In this document: positions 1 to 8,313 of the stretch, piece after piece
Layout: each line of letters starts with the position of its first letter
Position numbering within the stretch: the stretch's first letter is position 1
Virus record (IMG/VR): IMGVR_UViG_3300023293_000046
Location: 1 to 35,243 of that record
DNA: 35,243 nt
Direction: 5' to 3' (one strand)
Origin: a virus
Lineage: Duplodnaviria; Caudoviricetes
Notes under the pieces: model-generated
What the model was told of the DNA's origin: nothing
What the model saw: only the letters and a program-made list of their open reading frames with translations
The model's database searches: none
Position numbers and translations under genes: made by a program

Positions 1-126
1 CTCACAATGTAAATCAAAAGGGGTGGGTAAACCATACTGAGATTAAACCTTATGACAAAACCAAAGTAAAATATTACATAGATGGTAAACCGTTTATGAA
101 TGGAATAGCACTAACGTAGTATTACT
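1..126 (+). repeat. Terminal direct repeat, left copy (identical to 35098-35223)
   Basis: ctcacaatgtaaatc...acgtagtattact matches 35098-35223 base for base. Consistent with a circular-assembly overlap; unit genome about 35,097 bp. Confidence 0.95.
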
Positions 127-129
127 TAC

Positions 130-174
130 AACGTTGAGAATAAACCCTCGTTTTAATGGGGTTTATTTATTGTT
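130..174. other. attC-like hairpin site E7
   Basis: AAC gttga GAATAAACCC tcgttttaatg GGGTTTATTT att GTT. Same AAC-N5-stem...stem-N3-GTT geometry as six other sites. Confidence 0.8.
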
Positions 175-213
175 GTAGTGAGTGCGGTATTATTAACTAA
201 AAAATTATTTAAA

Positions 214-483
214 ATGAAATATGTAGCAATAGTAAGAAACGAGATTGAAGCCGAACAATTTATACCACCACTTCAAATACCAAAAGGAGTGATTAATGTA
301 TATGAAATGGGCAAAGGAACAAGCGATGACCCTATTTGGTTTACTGGTGAAGTGTGGACAATACAAGGCGAAAAGGTTAGAGTTAATAAAGGAGAATGGA
401 TAGTACAAGAACCTGATATGATTGATAGATATTATCCTATTGCGGATAAAGTGTTTAAACTTAAATACGAAGAACTAAAGTAG
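214..483 (+). CDS. Cassette-borne small phage protein, PGDYG/'TLEG...GDWII...YP...F...YE'-like family (89 aa)
   Basis: C-terminal TIQGEKVRVNKGEWIVQEPDMIDRYYPIADKVFKLKYE fits this widespread phage family. ATG at 214 after an A/T-rich leader is preferred over GTG 178, which lies in the att arm. Confidence 0.7.
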   Translation: MKYVAIVRNEIEAEQFIPPLQIPKGVINVYEMGKGTSDDPIWFTGEVWTIQGEKVRVNKGEWIVQEPDMIDRYYPIADKVFKLKYEELK

Positions 484-493
484 TATTCACTAC

Positions 494-546
494 AACAACT
501 GAATAAGCACACTAGTAAACATACCGACCCAATAAGTCAGAATAAG
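494..546. other. attI-like array-terminal site A (with gaataagcacacta direct repeat at 501-514 and 540-553)
   Basis: Ungapped 39/53 identity with 28360-28412. Starts AAC-N4-GAATAA, has no hairpin, and ends the cassette array. Confidence 0.7.
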
Positions 547-568
547 CACACTACAAAACAAAAACACC

Positions 569-688
569 ATGAACGAAGAACAGAAAAAAAACGCCAAGAA
601 CATCAAGCGGCTAGAGATAGGCACGGTATTATTTGCCTTATTCTATGTGGGTATAATAGCAATCTTAGTTTACTGTGAGCTAGTATGA
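569..688 (+). CDS. Small membrane protein (39 aa)
   Basis: MNEEQKKNAKNIKRLEIGTVLFALFYVGIIAILVYCELV; one hydrophobic helix; ATGA-coupled to the next ORF. Not in the ORF track. Confidence 0.6.
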   Translation: MNEEQKKNAKNIKRLEIGTVLFALFYVGIIAILVYCELV

Positions 689-840
689 CAGATATAAACA
701 AGCTAGTTATACACTTAGATACGTGCATAAAAGAAAGAGATCAGCTAGTGATCAAGAGTGACTTAATATATAGAGACACAAAGCGGTTAACTAGAGAGAT
801 AAACGAAACTAGAAAAAAGATTAAAACCTTAGAGATATGA
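685..840 (+). CDS. Hypothetical coiled-coil protein (51 aa)
   Basis: MTDINKLVIHLDTCIKERDQL...KKIKTLEI; ATGA overlaps on both sides. Confidence 0.6.
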   Translation: MTDINKLVIHLDTCIKERDQLVIKSDLIYRDTKRLTREINETRKKIKTLEI

Positions 841-1016
841 AAACCGATTTTGATTACGAAGAAATGTTTGAAGACGACTATGACACTGAAGACGATCCAA
901 TAGAGCCAGATCACTATTCATGCACTTGCTGCGGACACGTACAAGCTCTTGCTGGAATGGGTCATAGTTGCGAAAATTGCGGACTCTTTAATGTGATGGA
1001 AGGAGAGAACTTTTAA
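837..1016 (+). CDS. Small zinc-ribbon protein with acidic N-terminus (59 aa)
   Basis: MKTDFDYEEMFEDDYDTEDD...CTCCG...CENCG; two CxxC pairs. Confidence 0.7.
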   Translation: MKTDFDYEEMFEDDYDTEDDPIEPDHYSCTCCGHVQALAGMGHSCENCGLFNVMEGENF

Positions 1017-1036
1017 TTAACTTAACCCTTAGAGAT

Positions 1037-1321
1037 ATGAGTAAGCAGATACACAAGCACTGGAGAAAAGACCTAAACCTTTACGAAACAAAGATCAATC
1101 TGTTTTGGTTTATCCATTACTACGTTTACTCAATAAGGCACGGAGCAGAGGTAACAACAAAGTGGAGGCTGTTTAAGTACAAGAATCCCGACTACATGAA
1201 GGGGCCAACCTCTATAGATGTAAAGACTCACGTCGGTCGTAAAGAGTTTAAAACTAAGTATTTATCTAACAAGTGGATGATACCAATTAACAAGTATTTA
1301 GACCTAAATCAAAATGATTAA
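1037..1321 (+). CDS. Hypothetical protein
   Basis: 94-aa ORF in the + strand gene run. Confidence 0.6.
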   Translation: MSKQIHKHWRKDLNLYETKINLFWFIHYYVYSIRHGAEVTTKWRLFKYKNPDYMKGPTSIDVKTHVGRKEFKTKYLSNKWMIPINKYLDLNQND

Positions 1322-1326
1322 CTTTG
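1319..1326 (+). promoter_or_regulatory. Bacteroidota sigma -7 element (TAACTTTG) upstream of terS
   Basis: Matches the TAnnTTTG consensus and ends 4 nt before the ATG, so the transcript may be nearly leaderless. Confidence 0.5.
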
Positions 1327-1330
1327 TAGC

Positions 1331-1765
1331 ATGGCATACTCAGACAAAGAAAAGACCGATATAGTAAACGACATCTGCCGACAAGTATCAGAAGGTAAGT
1401 CCACCCGTAACTCTATTACAGAATCAGGTATTAAGTTTAGTACCTTTTACGTGTGGATAGATGCTGATGTTTTGAAATCGAAACAATACACACGCGCGAC
1501 TGAATTAAGGGCTGAACTAATGGCTGATGAACTAATGACAATCTCAGACAGCACAGCGGACGACATTATCACAGACGAAAGAGGCAACGAAATTATCAAC
1601 CACAACGTAATACAGCGAGACAAGCTAAGGATTGATACGCGGAAGTGGTTAATGAGTAAGATGATGCCTAAGAAGTACGGAGAAAACAAGAGCCTAGACC
1701 TTACAACTTTAGGCGAGAAAATAACACAACCACCAATAACATGGGCGGCGCCAGAAAAAAACTAA
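1331..1765 (+). CDS. terS: Terminase small subunit
   Basis: N-terminal HTH and the RDKLRIDTRKWLMSKMMPKKYG motif typical of Sf6-like TerS; directly precedes TerL. Confidence 0.9.
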   Translation: MAYSDKEKTDIVNDICRQVSEGKSTRNSITESGIKFSTFYVWIDADVLKSKQYTRATELRAELMADELMTISDSTADDIITDERGNEIINHNVIQRDKLRIDTRKWLMSKMMPKKYGENKSLDLTTLGEKITQPPITWAAPEKN

Positions 1766-3022
1766 TTGCTAACTCTATTACCACAATATAAACCCTTATT
1801 CATTAACCCGCCTCCTAATCGCTACCACTTCATAACAGGCGGCAGGGGGTCGGCTAAGTCTTACCATGTTTCGCTACTGCTTTTAAACCTCACCTTTGAA
1901 CCGGGTCATGTTATTCTGTTCACTCGTTGGACTATGGTATCTGCTCACATTTCAATTATCCCTGAGTTCCTAGAGAAGATTGAACTACTTAATCTTAGCC
2001 ACCTTTTTAACATTACGCTAAACGAGATCATACACAAAGAGACGGGCAGTAGGATCATATTCAAAGGGATAAAAACAAGCCAAGGAACAGCAACCGCGAA
2101 CCTTAAATCTATCCAAGGGGTGACTACCTTTGTTGTAGACGAAGGCGAAGAATTCCATGATGAAGACTCTTTTGATCGAATTGATTTATCTATCCGATCA
2201 GTAAACAACTGCAACAGGGTATTGATAATTATGAACCCTAGCAATAGGGAGCATATGTTATACAAAAAGTTTACCCCAGAACACCCGCGCGAAGATGTAA
2301 CATACATTCACACTACCTACCTAGACAACATTAAGAACCTTAGCCAGTCCTTCTTAGATCAAGCGGATAGGATTAAAGCCATCAACTTAGCAAGGTATGA
2401 ACATCTATTCTTAGGGGTATGGACAGACAGCCAAGAGGGGCTACTTTGGAATCACGGTATAATTGAAAGCAACCGCGTAAACTTTGCCCCGATCCTAGTA
2501 CGCAAGATCGTAGCTATTGACCCCGCGATAAGTGCAACGGCTAAAAGCGACGAGACGGGGATTGTAGTTTTAGGCGTGTGCAGTAAAGGCGACGTGTATG
2601 TACTTGAGGATATGTCCGGAGTCTATTCTCCTAACGAGTGGGCGCAGGTTGCTAAAGATTGCGCGGTAGCTCATAACTGCGATTGTTATGTAGCCGAAAG
2701 CAATCAAGGGGGTGACATGGTATCGAGCAATTTAAAGAGCGTAGACCCACTACGGAGGGTTAAATTAGTGCGAGCCACAAGAGGGAAGCATACTAGAGCC
2801 GAACCCGTTTACGGAATGTACGAGCAAGGCCGCGTGAAGCATGTTGGCTACTTTAGCAAACTAGAGTCTCAAATGGTAAGCTGGAACCCTACCGACCAAA
2901 CTAAAAGCCCTGATAGAGTAGATGCATTGGTCTGGGGTGTGACTGATTTAATCCTATCCAATAACGCAATAGGCACGAGTAGCAGCGGAAAAAAACCTAG
3001 ACATGAGCCAAGGAGATTATAA
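1766..3022 (+). CDS. terL: Terminase large subunit (TTG start)
   Basis: Walker A GGRGSAKS, Walker B VVDEGEE, coupling motif MNP, nuclease AIDPA...SDETG and C-terminal PDRVDALVW. Confidence 0.95.
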   Translation: MLTLLPQYKPLFINPPPNRYHFITGGRGSAKSYHVSLLLLNLTFEPGHVILFTRWTMVSAHISIIPEFLEKIELLNLSHLFNITLNEIIHKETGSRIIFKGIKTSQGTATANLKSIQGVTTFVVDEGEEFHDEDSFDRIDLSIRSVNNCNRVLIIMNPSNREHMLYKKFTPEHPREDVTYIHTTYLDNIKNLSQSFLDQADRIKAINLARYEHLFLGVWTDSQEGLLWNHGIIESNRVNFAPILVRKIVAIDPAISATAKSDETGIVVLGVCSKGDVYVLEDMSGVYSPNEWAQVAKDCAVAHNCDCYVAESNQGGDMVSSNLKSVDPLRRVKLVRATRGKHTRAEPVYGMYEQGRVKHVGYFSKLESQMVSWNPTDQTKSPDRVDALVWGVTDLILSNNAIGTSSSGKKPRHEPRRL

Positions 3023-3124
3023 TAGTATCACTTTTTATTTAAGGTGATAAACTCTCACCGATCAAACACAATTAAACACTAGGAATTTATAACTCTAACT
3101 TTTTAAACGATATACTTAAGGGGT

Positions 3125-3163
3125 GGGCGTAATGTTTTAAAAAGCATTACGCCCTTTTTTTTT
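3125..3163 (+). terminator. Rho-independent terminator after terL
   Basis: GGGCGTAATG / CATTACGCCC perfect 10-bp stem followed by T9. Confidence 0.9.
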
Positions 3164-3164
3164 G

Positions 3165-3172
3165 TACTTTTG
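3165..3172 (+). promoter_or_regulatory. -7 promoter element (TACTTTTG) for the neck/tail operon
   Basis: TAnnTTTG directly after the terminator, about 48 nt before ATG 3221. Confidence 0.55.
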
Positions 3173-3220
3173 TCAGGCGCGTTTGTTTAATCACTATTAT
3201 GCGCGCGAAAATTAAACACT

Positions 3221-3892
3221 ATGCAGAAGATTAAACTAGGCAATTTTCCTTTCAACGTCCCGCAACGATGGCAAGACATCACACCCGCCAAGCTTAAGCA
3301 GTTAGAAGGAACGAAGTCAAACCAGATTAAGCAGCGGGTTCACATCTTATGCGACCTGCCAGAGATAGAACTAAGCGCAGACATCTATCTAGCTATCTAC
3401 GAAATGTTATCCTTTATCGAAGAAGTGCCAGAGCTTGTACCTAACCGCTTAGACTTGCCTCCTTTGCTTAATTGGATTAGTGCAGAGTGGACGTTTGCAG
3501 AGTTTGAGATGGCACGGAAAATAGCAGCCAACCACTTAAACGAGTTAGGCGTTACATTATATGCACTTGCTCAGATTAAAGGCTTAGAGCGAAACTATCT
3601 AGAGGCGGGATGTAAAGCGTTAGACGGGCTTAATCTGTTTATAGAACAATGGGCGCAGTTTGATTTAGACAGCGACAAGAACGAACCTACCGACCTAGAA
3701 GAGATGGCGGGAATAGATCGCCTTCAAGCCTTTGGAGTCTATCCAATCCTTGAGAGTGTAGGTGCTAAGTACGGAAAGTATCCTAGCGAGATAGAGACGC
3801 AGCCCGCGGGTTGGGTTATGCAGGAATACATTTACACAATTGAGCGCCAAAGATATACGGATAATTTGCGTAAATTGCAGCCAACTAAATAA
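3221..3892 (+). CDS. Hypothetical protein (possible tail assembly chaperone)
   Basis: 223-aa ORF heading the tail cluster; the function is a positional inference. Confidence 0.55.
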   Translation: MQKIKLGNFPFNVPQRWQDITPAKLKQLEGTKSNQIKQRVHILCDLPEIELSADIYLAIYEMLSFIEEVPELVPNRLDLPPLLNWISAEWTFAEFEMARKIAANHLNELGVTLYALAQIKGLERNYLEAGCKALDGLNLFIEQWAQFDLDSDKNEPTDLEEMAGIDRLQAFGVYPILESVGAKYGKYPSEIETQPAGWVMQEYIYTIERQRYTDNLRKLQPTK

Positions 3893-3898
3893 CTAGCT

Positions 3899-4156
3899 AT
3901 GGAAATGGAAATTAAAAAACCACTTGGAGATTTTATACTAACCAATGCAGAAGGGACACAGACCGAAAATGGCGTATACTATCATTATAGCGAGGTGTGT
4001 AATCTATTAAAAAAATATGAAAAGAAATTATTTATAGATAGTAATGTAGGGCAAAGCGAACAGTTAATTAACTTTTTGAAATGGGTAGGAGATGGTTATG
4101 ACTTTGATAAAAACGCAGAAGCTATTGTAAAAGAATATTTAAACGAAGGCAATTAA
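3899..4156 (+). CDS. AT-rich inserted hypothetical protein (moron-like)
   Basis: 85 aa; visibly more AT-rich than its structural neighbours. Confidence 0.65.
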   Translation: MEMEIKKPLGDFILTNAEGTQTENGVYYHYSEVCNLLKKYEKKLFIDSNVGQSEQLINFLKWVGDGYDFDKNAEAIVKEYLNEGN

Positions 4157-4182
4157 TAAGGCAATAACCTTAACTTAAAAAC

Positions 4183-4617
4183 ATGAGTACATTCACAACT
4201 ATAAACAATGCCTTTGCTTCAATAGTTACAGCCGCCTACTCTAATACTAAGCAGGTAATCGGAACGCCTGACCAAGTGGCTAAGGTAGAACTAGCAGACG
4301 GGCAAGACCTATTTGCTATCTATGCTAACTATGCGCTACTACCCAATGAGCTGACCGGTGCAGTAGAACAGACGGAAAACTTCGGCTTTTATGTCGGCAA
4401 ACCTGACACATTTCAAAGTACCTCAGTAGAGCAGAACACAATTATAGCCGCTTGCGATGTTATAGCTAATACAATACTAGCCGCCTTCGATGCTGCCACA
4501 CTTACCAACGGCTTAGGAATGGAGAACATTAAGAAGACACCAGTCTATAAGCGGAACGGAGAAACAAGTTCGGGCCTATGGGTTACGTCAACCATCAATG
4601 CGGTAGTACCATGTTAA
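4183..4617 (+). CDS. Putative tail terminator/neck protein
   Basis: 144 aa; size and position fit; no diagnostic motif. Confidence 0.45.
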   Translation: MSTFTTINNAFASIVTAAYSNTKQVIGTPDQVAKVELADGQDLFAIYANYALLPNELTGAVEQTENFGFYVGKPDTFQSTSVEQNTIIAACDVIANTILAAFDAATLTNGLGMENIKKTPVYKRNGETSSGLWVTSTINAVVPC

Positions 4618-5102
4618 AGCTTCAGCTCGCATTTAGAGACGGAGCCAATAAGACTATTGATAAGCTGCAATCCAACATAAGAGAAAAGGCCCCTACCCAA
4701 TTTGGGCCTATGAACAATACAGGGGAAGCGGCCAACTCTCTGAATTATAGATGGGTTTCTGAGAATCGCATCCAAGTTTATAGCGATATGCCAGGTCAGT
4801 TTAATTACATAATGACTTTAGAAACAGGACGAGCGCCAGGAAAGCGACCGCCAACCTCACCAATATTAGAATGGATCAAGTCACGAGGTATTCAACCTGC
4901 CGACATAACCCAAAAAAGCCTAGCCTTTTTAATCGCTCGTAAGATCGGTTTAGAAGGTTCTCTTGTTTTCAGAAAGGGAGGCAATACGGGCATAATTTCT
5001 GAGGTACAAAGTGAGCAATGGATAATAGATAACTTTGTTAAGCCATTAGAGCTTGAGTTAAATAGAGGCTTTACAGAGGTCTTAAGAGAAGTACTTAATT
5101 AA
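4611..5102 (+). CDS. Putative tail completion/neck protein (HK97 gp10-like)
   Basis: TGEAANSL...LETGRAPGKRPP...ILEWIKSRGI...LAFLIARKIG pattern; ATG 4611 preferred. Confidence 0.65.
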   Translation: MLKLQLAFRDGANKTIDKLQSNIREKAPTQFGPMNNTGEAANSLNYRWVSENRIQVYSDMPGQFNYIMTLETGRAPGKRPPTSPILEWIKSRGIQPADITQKSLAFLIARKIGLEGSLVFRKGGNTGIISEVQSEQWIIDNFVKPLELELNRGFTEVLREVLN

Positions 5103-5110
5103 TTAGAACT

Positions 5111-6454
5111 ATGCCAACATTCGTTTACGTAACAGACCCGACTACAGGAGCAGCCTATGAAGAGGACGCACTACTTTATGAGATCGCTAACCAATACGCA
5201 ATAGGTTCAATTGCTGACGATGGCGGGAACCTTCAAGTAGAGCTCGGCACAACAGGAACATCGGAGGCCGTAGCTGCAGGGGTGGTTTATCTGTCAATAT
5301 TAGACGGGCTTGATAATACTGAGACTAGCGTAGTTAGTGTTTTATCCTCGACCTCTACAGAAATAACAGTAGACTTTACTTATTCAGGCTCCATACCTTC
5401 GTCTGGTAATGCTCGGATAGTAGAAGCGCGAGACTTTACAATCAAAACAGGTTACACGGGAATCGCTGCACAGCCATTTAAGAGCGCAAGCATAAACATG
5501 CGGCCAGACTTAAACGGGCTTTATCGGATTAACGCTAAGAGGTCTGCCGTTAGTAGATTCGACTTTACAAGCGATCCCAACGATAATACTGTTTACTCTC
5601 ACAATACAACTGTCTCGGTTTACCCTGACTCAGTAGGAAGCAAGACAGCGATCACAGCATACAAGCACGTAACAGGAACAACTCCAGCGGCCACGATTGC
5701 TTACACGGGATGCCGTCAATTAGTGTCTCAGATCGTCTCTAACAAGTATGTAATTGGATTAGAAAGCACAGCAGAAATAGATGCCGCAGTTGACACAACG
5801 GTTGACATATTAGGGTACACGGGAAAGACTTACACAGTAGATTTTGAAACTAACATAGCAGACGCAGACACAACAATAACACCCTCAAGTGGTGACTTTT
5901 TTACATTAGTAACTGAGGACTCAGGGCAAACTATTACAGGGGTTATATTTAACACAACCGAAGCGGATAGAGTTAGTTTAGAGTTTGCGTTTGATGACGG
6001 CGGAGGTACTCCCATATCTTATGTATTTGAGTTCACTTCAATACTAGCACTAAGTAACAAGACCTGTTGCGGTGGTGAGATGTTCTTGTATTGGCATCCT
6101 AACGGGGGATGGGTTTACTATGAGTTTAATAGAATAGCCATAACGAACAACTCAGGAGGTTTGCCAACGTTTACTCAAAATTCTAATGTAGTTAGGTCGG
6201 TGGCTTATTCTAGACAACAAGACGTACTTAGTCTAATTGCAGACGTAGAAGGGGAGACGGTATTCGATTACCTTAATCAGATATTCTTCACGATGCAAGT
6301 TTATAGCGTAATAGGAACGACGTACACCCGTTACAATATCACAAGCGCACAGAAAGCCAGCAAGCGAACTAGGCCCTTTATAGCAACTTCTAATAGGTTC
6401 AGAATAACATTAGAAAAGGCTGAGATATTAACGCGCATAAACGAGGGTAAATGA
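5111..6454 (+). CDS. Structural/tail protein
   Basis: 447 aa, Thr/Ser/Gly-rich beta-type; C-terminal YWHPNGGWVYYEF motif seen in Bacteroidota phage tail genes. Confidence 0.6.
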   Translation: MPTFVYVTDPTTGAAYEEDALLYEIANQYAIGSIADDGGNLQVELGTTGTSEAVAAGVVYLSILDGLDNTETSVVSVLSSTSTEITVDFTYSGSIPSSGNARIVEARDFTIKTGYTGIAAQPFKSASINMRPDLNGLYRINAKRSAVSRFDFTSDPNDNTVYSHNTTVSVYPDSVGSKTAITAYKHVTGTTPAATIAYTGCRQLVSQIVSNKYVIGLESTAEIDAAVDTTVDILGYTGKTYTVDFETNIADADTTITPSSGDFFTLVTEDSGQTITGVIFNTTEADRVSLEFAFDDGGGTPISYVFEFTSILALSNKTCCGGEMFLYWHPNGGWVYYEFNRIAITNNSGGLPTFTQNSNVVRSVAYSRQQDVLSLIADVEGETVFDYLNQIFFTMQVYSVIGTTYTRYNITSAQKASKRTRPFIATSNRFRITLEKAEILTRINEGK

Positions 6455-8307
6455 TCTACGCGATACTAGATGGCAAGTACAAGATAGACGGATTCGACCC
6501 CGTCCAAGTACTTAGTATAACATTTGCCGAGGCTGAATTTAGAAACATTGTAACGCGAGGGGGCACACTTAGCAATCAAGTTAAGCTTGCGAAGACAGGG
6601 AATAATCAGCGGACACTAGGGCTATTGGACGAGGTGAAAGCGAGAACCCTACAGGCTTATAAACTTTTTGAGGCTGATTTGTACATTGACAACCTTAAAG
6701 TGTTTAGCGGTAACATGACGATTTTGGAAAGTAACGACTATATCACGGTTCGTTTCTTTTCAAGTAGCGCGGGTTTCTTTAGCAGTATTAAAGGCAGGAA
6801 GTTAAACACAATAGATTTAAGCGCGTTTAATCATACTTGGACGGCTGCCAATGTAAACAGTAGACGACAAGCTACCACGGGAGTAGTTTACCCTAATATT
6901 AACTACGGAAGCTTTACGAGTATAGCAGTGGCAGACCAAGCGCACACGCGGTTCTTTCCTGCTGTTTACATAAATACGTTATTCGATGAGATAGCCACCG
7001 AGCTAGGATATACATACACGGCTTTAAACAATTTTACAACCGTTCTGCCATTCAGCTTAGATCAGTTTAGGAATCCTAATTTGAATGGCCGGAGTACTAA
7101 AACAGCAGATCAAACTATATTAATAGCTAACACGAATGTGCAGGCTATTGATTTCGATTTAATTGATAGTGACCCTTTTAATCTCTATACAGTTGGTACA
7201 GTTAACGGAACAACAATAAGCAACGGGAAAGGATCATCTATTTTCTCAGGGGTTTTAAACTACGCGGCCAACGCGGCTAACGGTGCGGCCATGACCATTA
7301 ATTTTTATGTAGCTGGGGTCGTAATTCAAACAATAATAGCGGTAAACCCGGGAGAGACGGGCAGCTTAAACTGGGAATTTACTTTAGATTTTACTAATTT
7401 TGCCGCCTATCCTGTACCTGTTTATATCGGTGTGATAGGTGGTAACGGAGATGAGATTGACATATTAGAAGATAGTACTTTTAATTTAGTTGAGGGGGCT
7501 GGATTATTGACAGATGGTTCGGTGATTTTGATTCAAGACACTTTACCTGACCTTAGTATTACGGAATTATTCAAGTATGTTGCGATAAAAGAGAACGCGA
7601 TTATATCGGTAGACAATCAATCGAAGACAATTAAGTTTGAGCGGTTCGATGAAATCGTGAACCGATACCCTACCGCCAACGACTTTAGCAAGAAAGTAGC
7701 GGACGAGAACAACGTGAGAACGATATTTCACTTAGACGAATACGCTCAAGAAAATCATCTGGATTATAAAGTCCCCAGCGAAGACGACCCTACAAGCATT
7801 CCGACCGTACAAGGGCGCGGAACATTTACCATTGCCGATAATTCATTGGAGAATGAAAAGGTGTTATATGAGGCTCCTTTCTTTCGGTCCGGATTATTTA
7901 CGGGGATTCAAACTAAGCCAGTGATGATAATCATCCCAAGGTATTCGACTACCGCTTTGGCCTACGATGATCCCGACCTATCGCCTGGGATTAGGGTATT
8001 AGATATTTCGATTAACTCCGATATACTAATTAACATATCAGCAGTTAGCACCGTAACACCTCAAGCGAACGTAACATTTTCAGACTTTGCAAAAGACGTA
8101 ACAGATCACTACGGGACTTTTACAACAGCCTTAAACAACCTTAAAGTGATAGAGGTAGATTTAAACGTAACCGCGCAAGATATTAGCGAGGTATCATTTA
8201 ACCGACCGATATTTCTCTTAGATTCCTACTGGTACGTTATCAAGATAAAGCAATTCGAGGTTAACCGAGCAAGCCCGACTACATTCAGACTATTAAGATT
8301 ATTTTAA
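6451..8307 (+). CDS. Tail tip/baseplate hub-like structural protein
   Basis: 618 aa; YPNINYG and FFPAVY motifs; lies just before the tape measure gene. Confidence 0.6.
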   Translation: MIYAILDGKYKIDGFDPVQVLSITFAEAEFRNIVTRGGTLSNQVKLAKTGNNQRTLGLLDEVKARTLQAYKLFEADLYIDNLKVFSGNMTILESNDYITVRFFSSSAGFFSSIKGRKLNTIDLSAFNHTWTAANVNSRRQATTGVVYPNINYGSFTSIAVADQAHTRFFPAVYINTLFDEIATELGYTYTALNNFTTVLPFSLDQFRNPNLNGRSTKTADQTILIANTNVQAIDFDLIDSDPFNLYTVGTVNGTTISNGKGSSIFSGVLNYAANAANGAAMTINFYVAGVVIQTIIAVNPGETGSLNWEFTLDFTNFAAYPVPVYIGVIGGNGDEIDILEDSTFNLVEGAGLLTDGSVILIQDTLPDLSITELFKYVAIKENAIISVDNQSKTIKFERFDEIVNRYPTANDFSKKVADENNVRTIFHLDEYAQENHLDYKVPSEDDPTSIPTVQGRGTFTIADNSLENEKVLYEAPFFRSGLFTGIQTKPVMIIIPRYSTTALAYDDPDLSPGIRVLDISINSDILINISAVSTVTPQANVTFSDFAKDVTDHYGTFTTALNNLKVIEVDLNVTAQDISEVSFNRPIFLLDSYWYVIKIKQFEVNRASPTTFRLLRLF

Positions 8308-8313
8308 AAGATC

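Noticed and set aside
1-126. Physical direct terminal repeat of the virion DNA
   Set aside because: It begins mid-gene and its length is close to a common assembler k-mer (127), so a circular-assembly overlap is more likely.
178-213. GTG starts at 178 and 27711 and upstream starts at 4578, 19451 and 29773 from the ORF track
   Set aside because: They lie in att arms or hairpins or overlap upstream genes; downstream ATGs have A-rich leaders or coupling.
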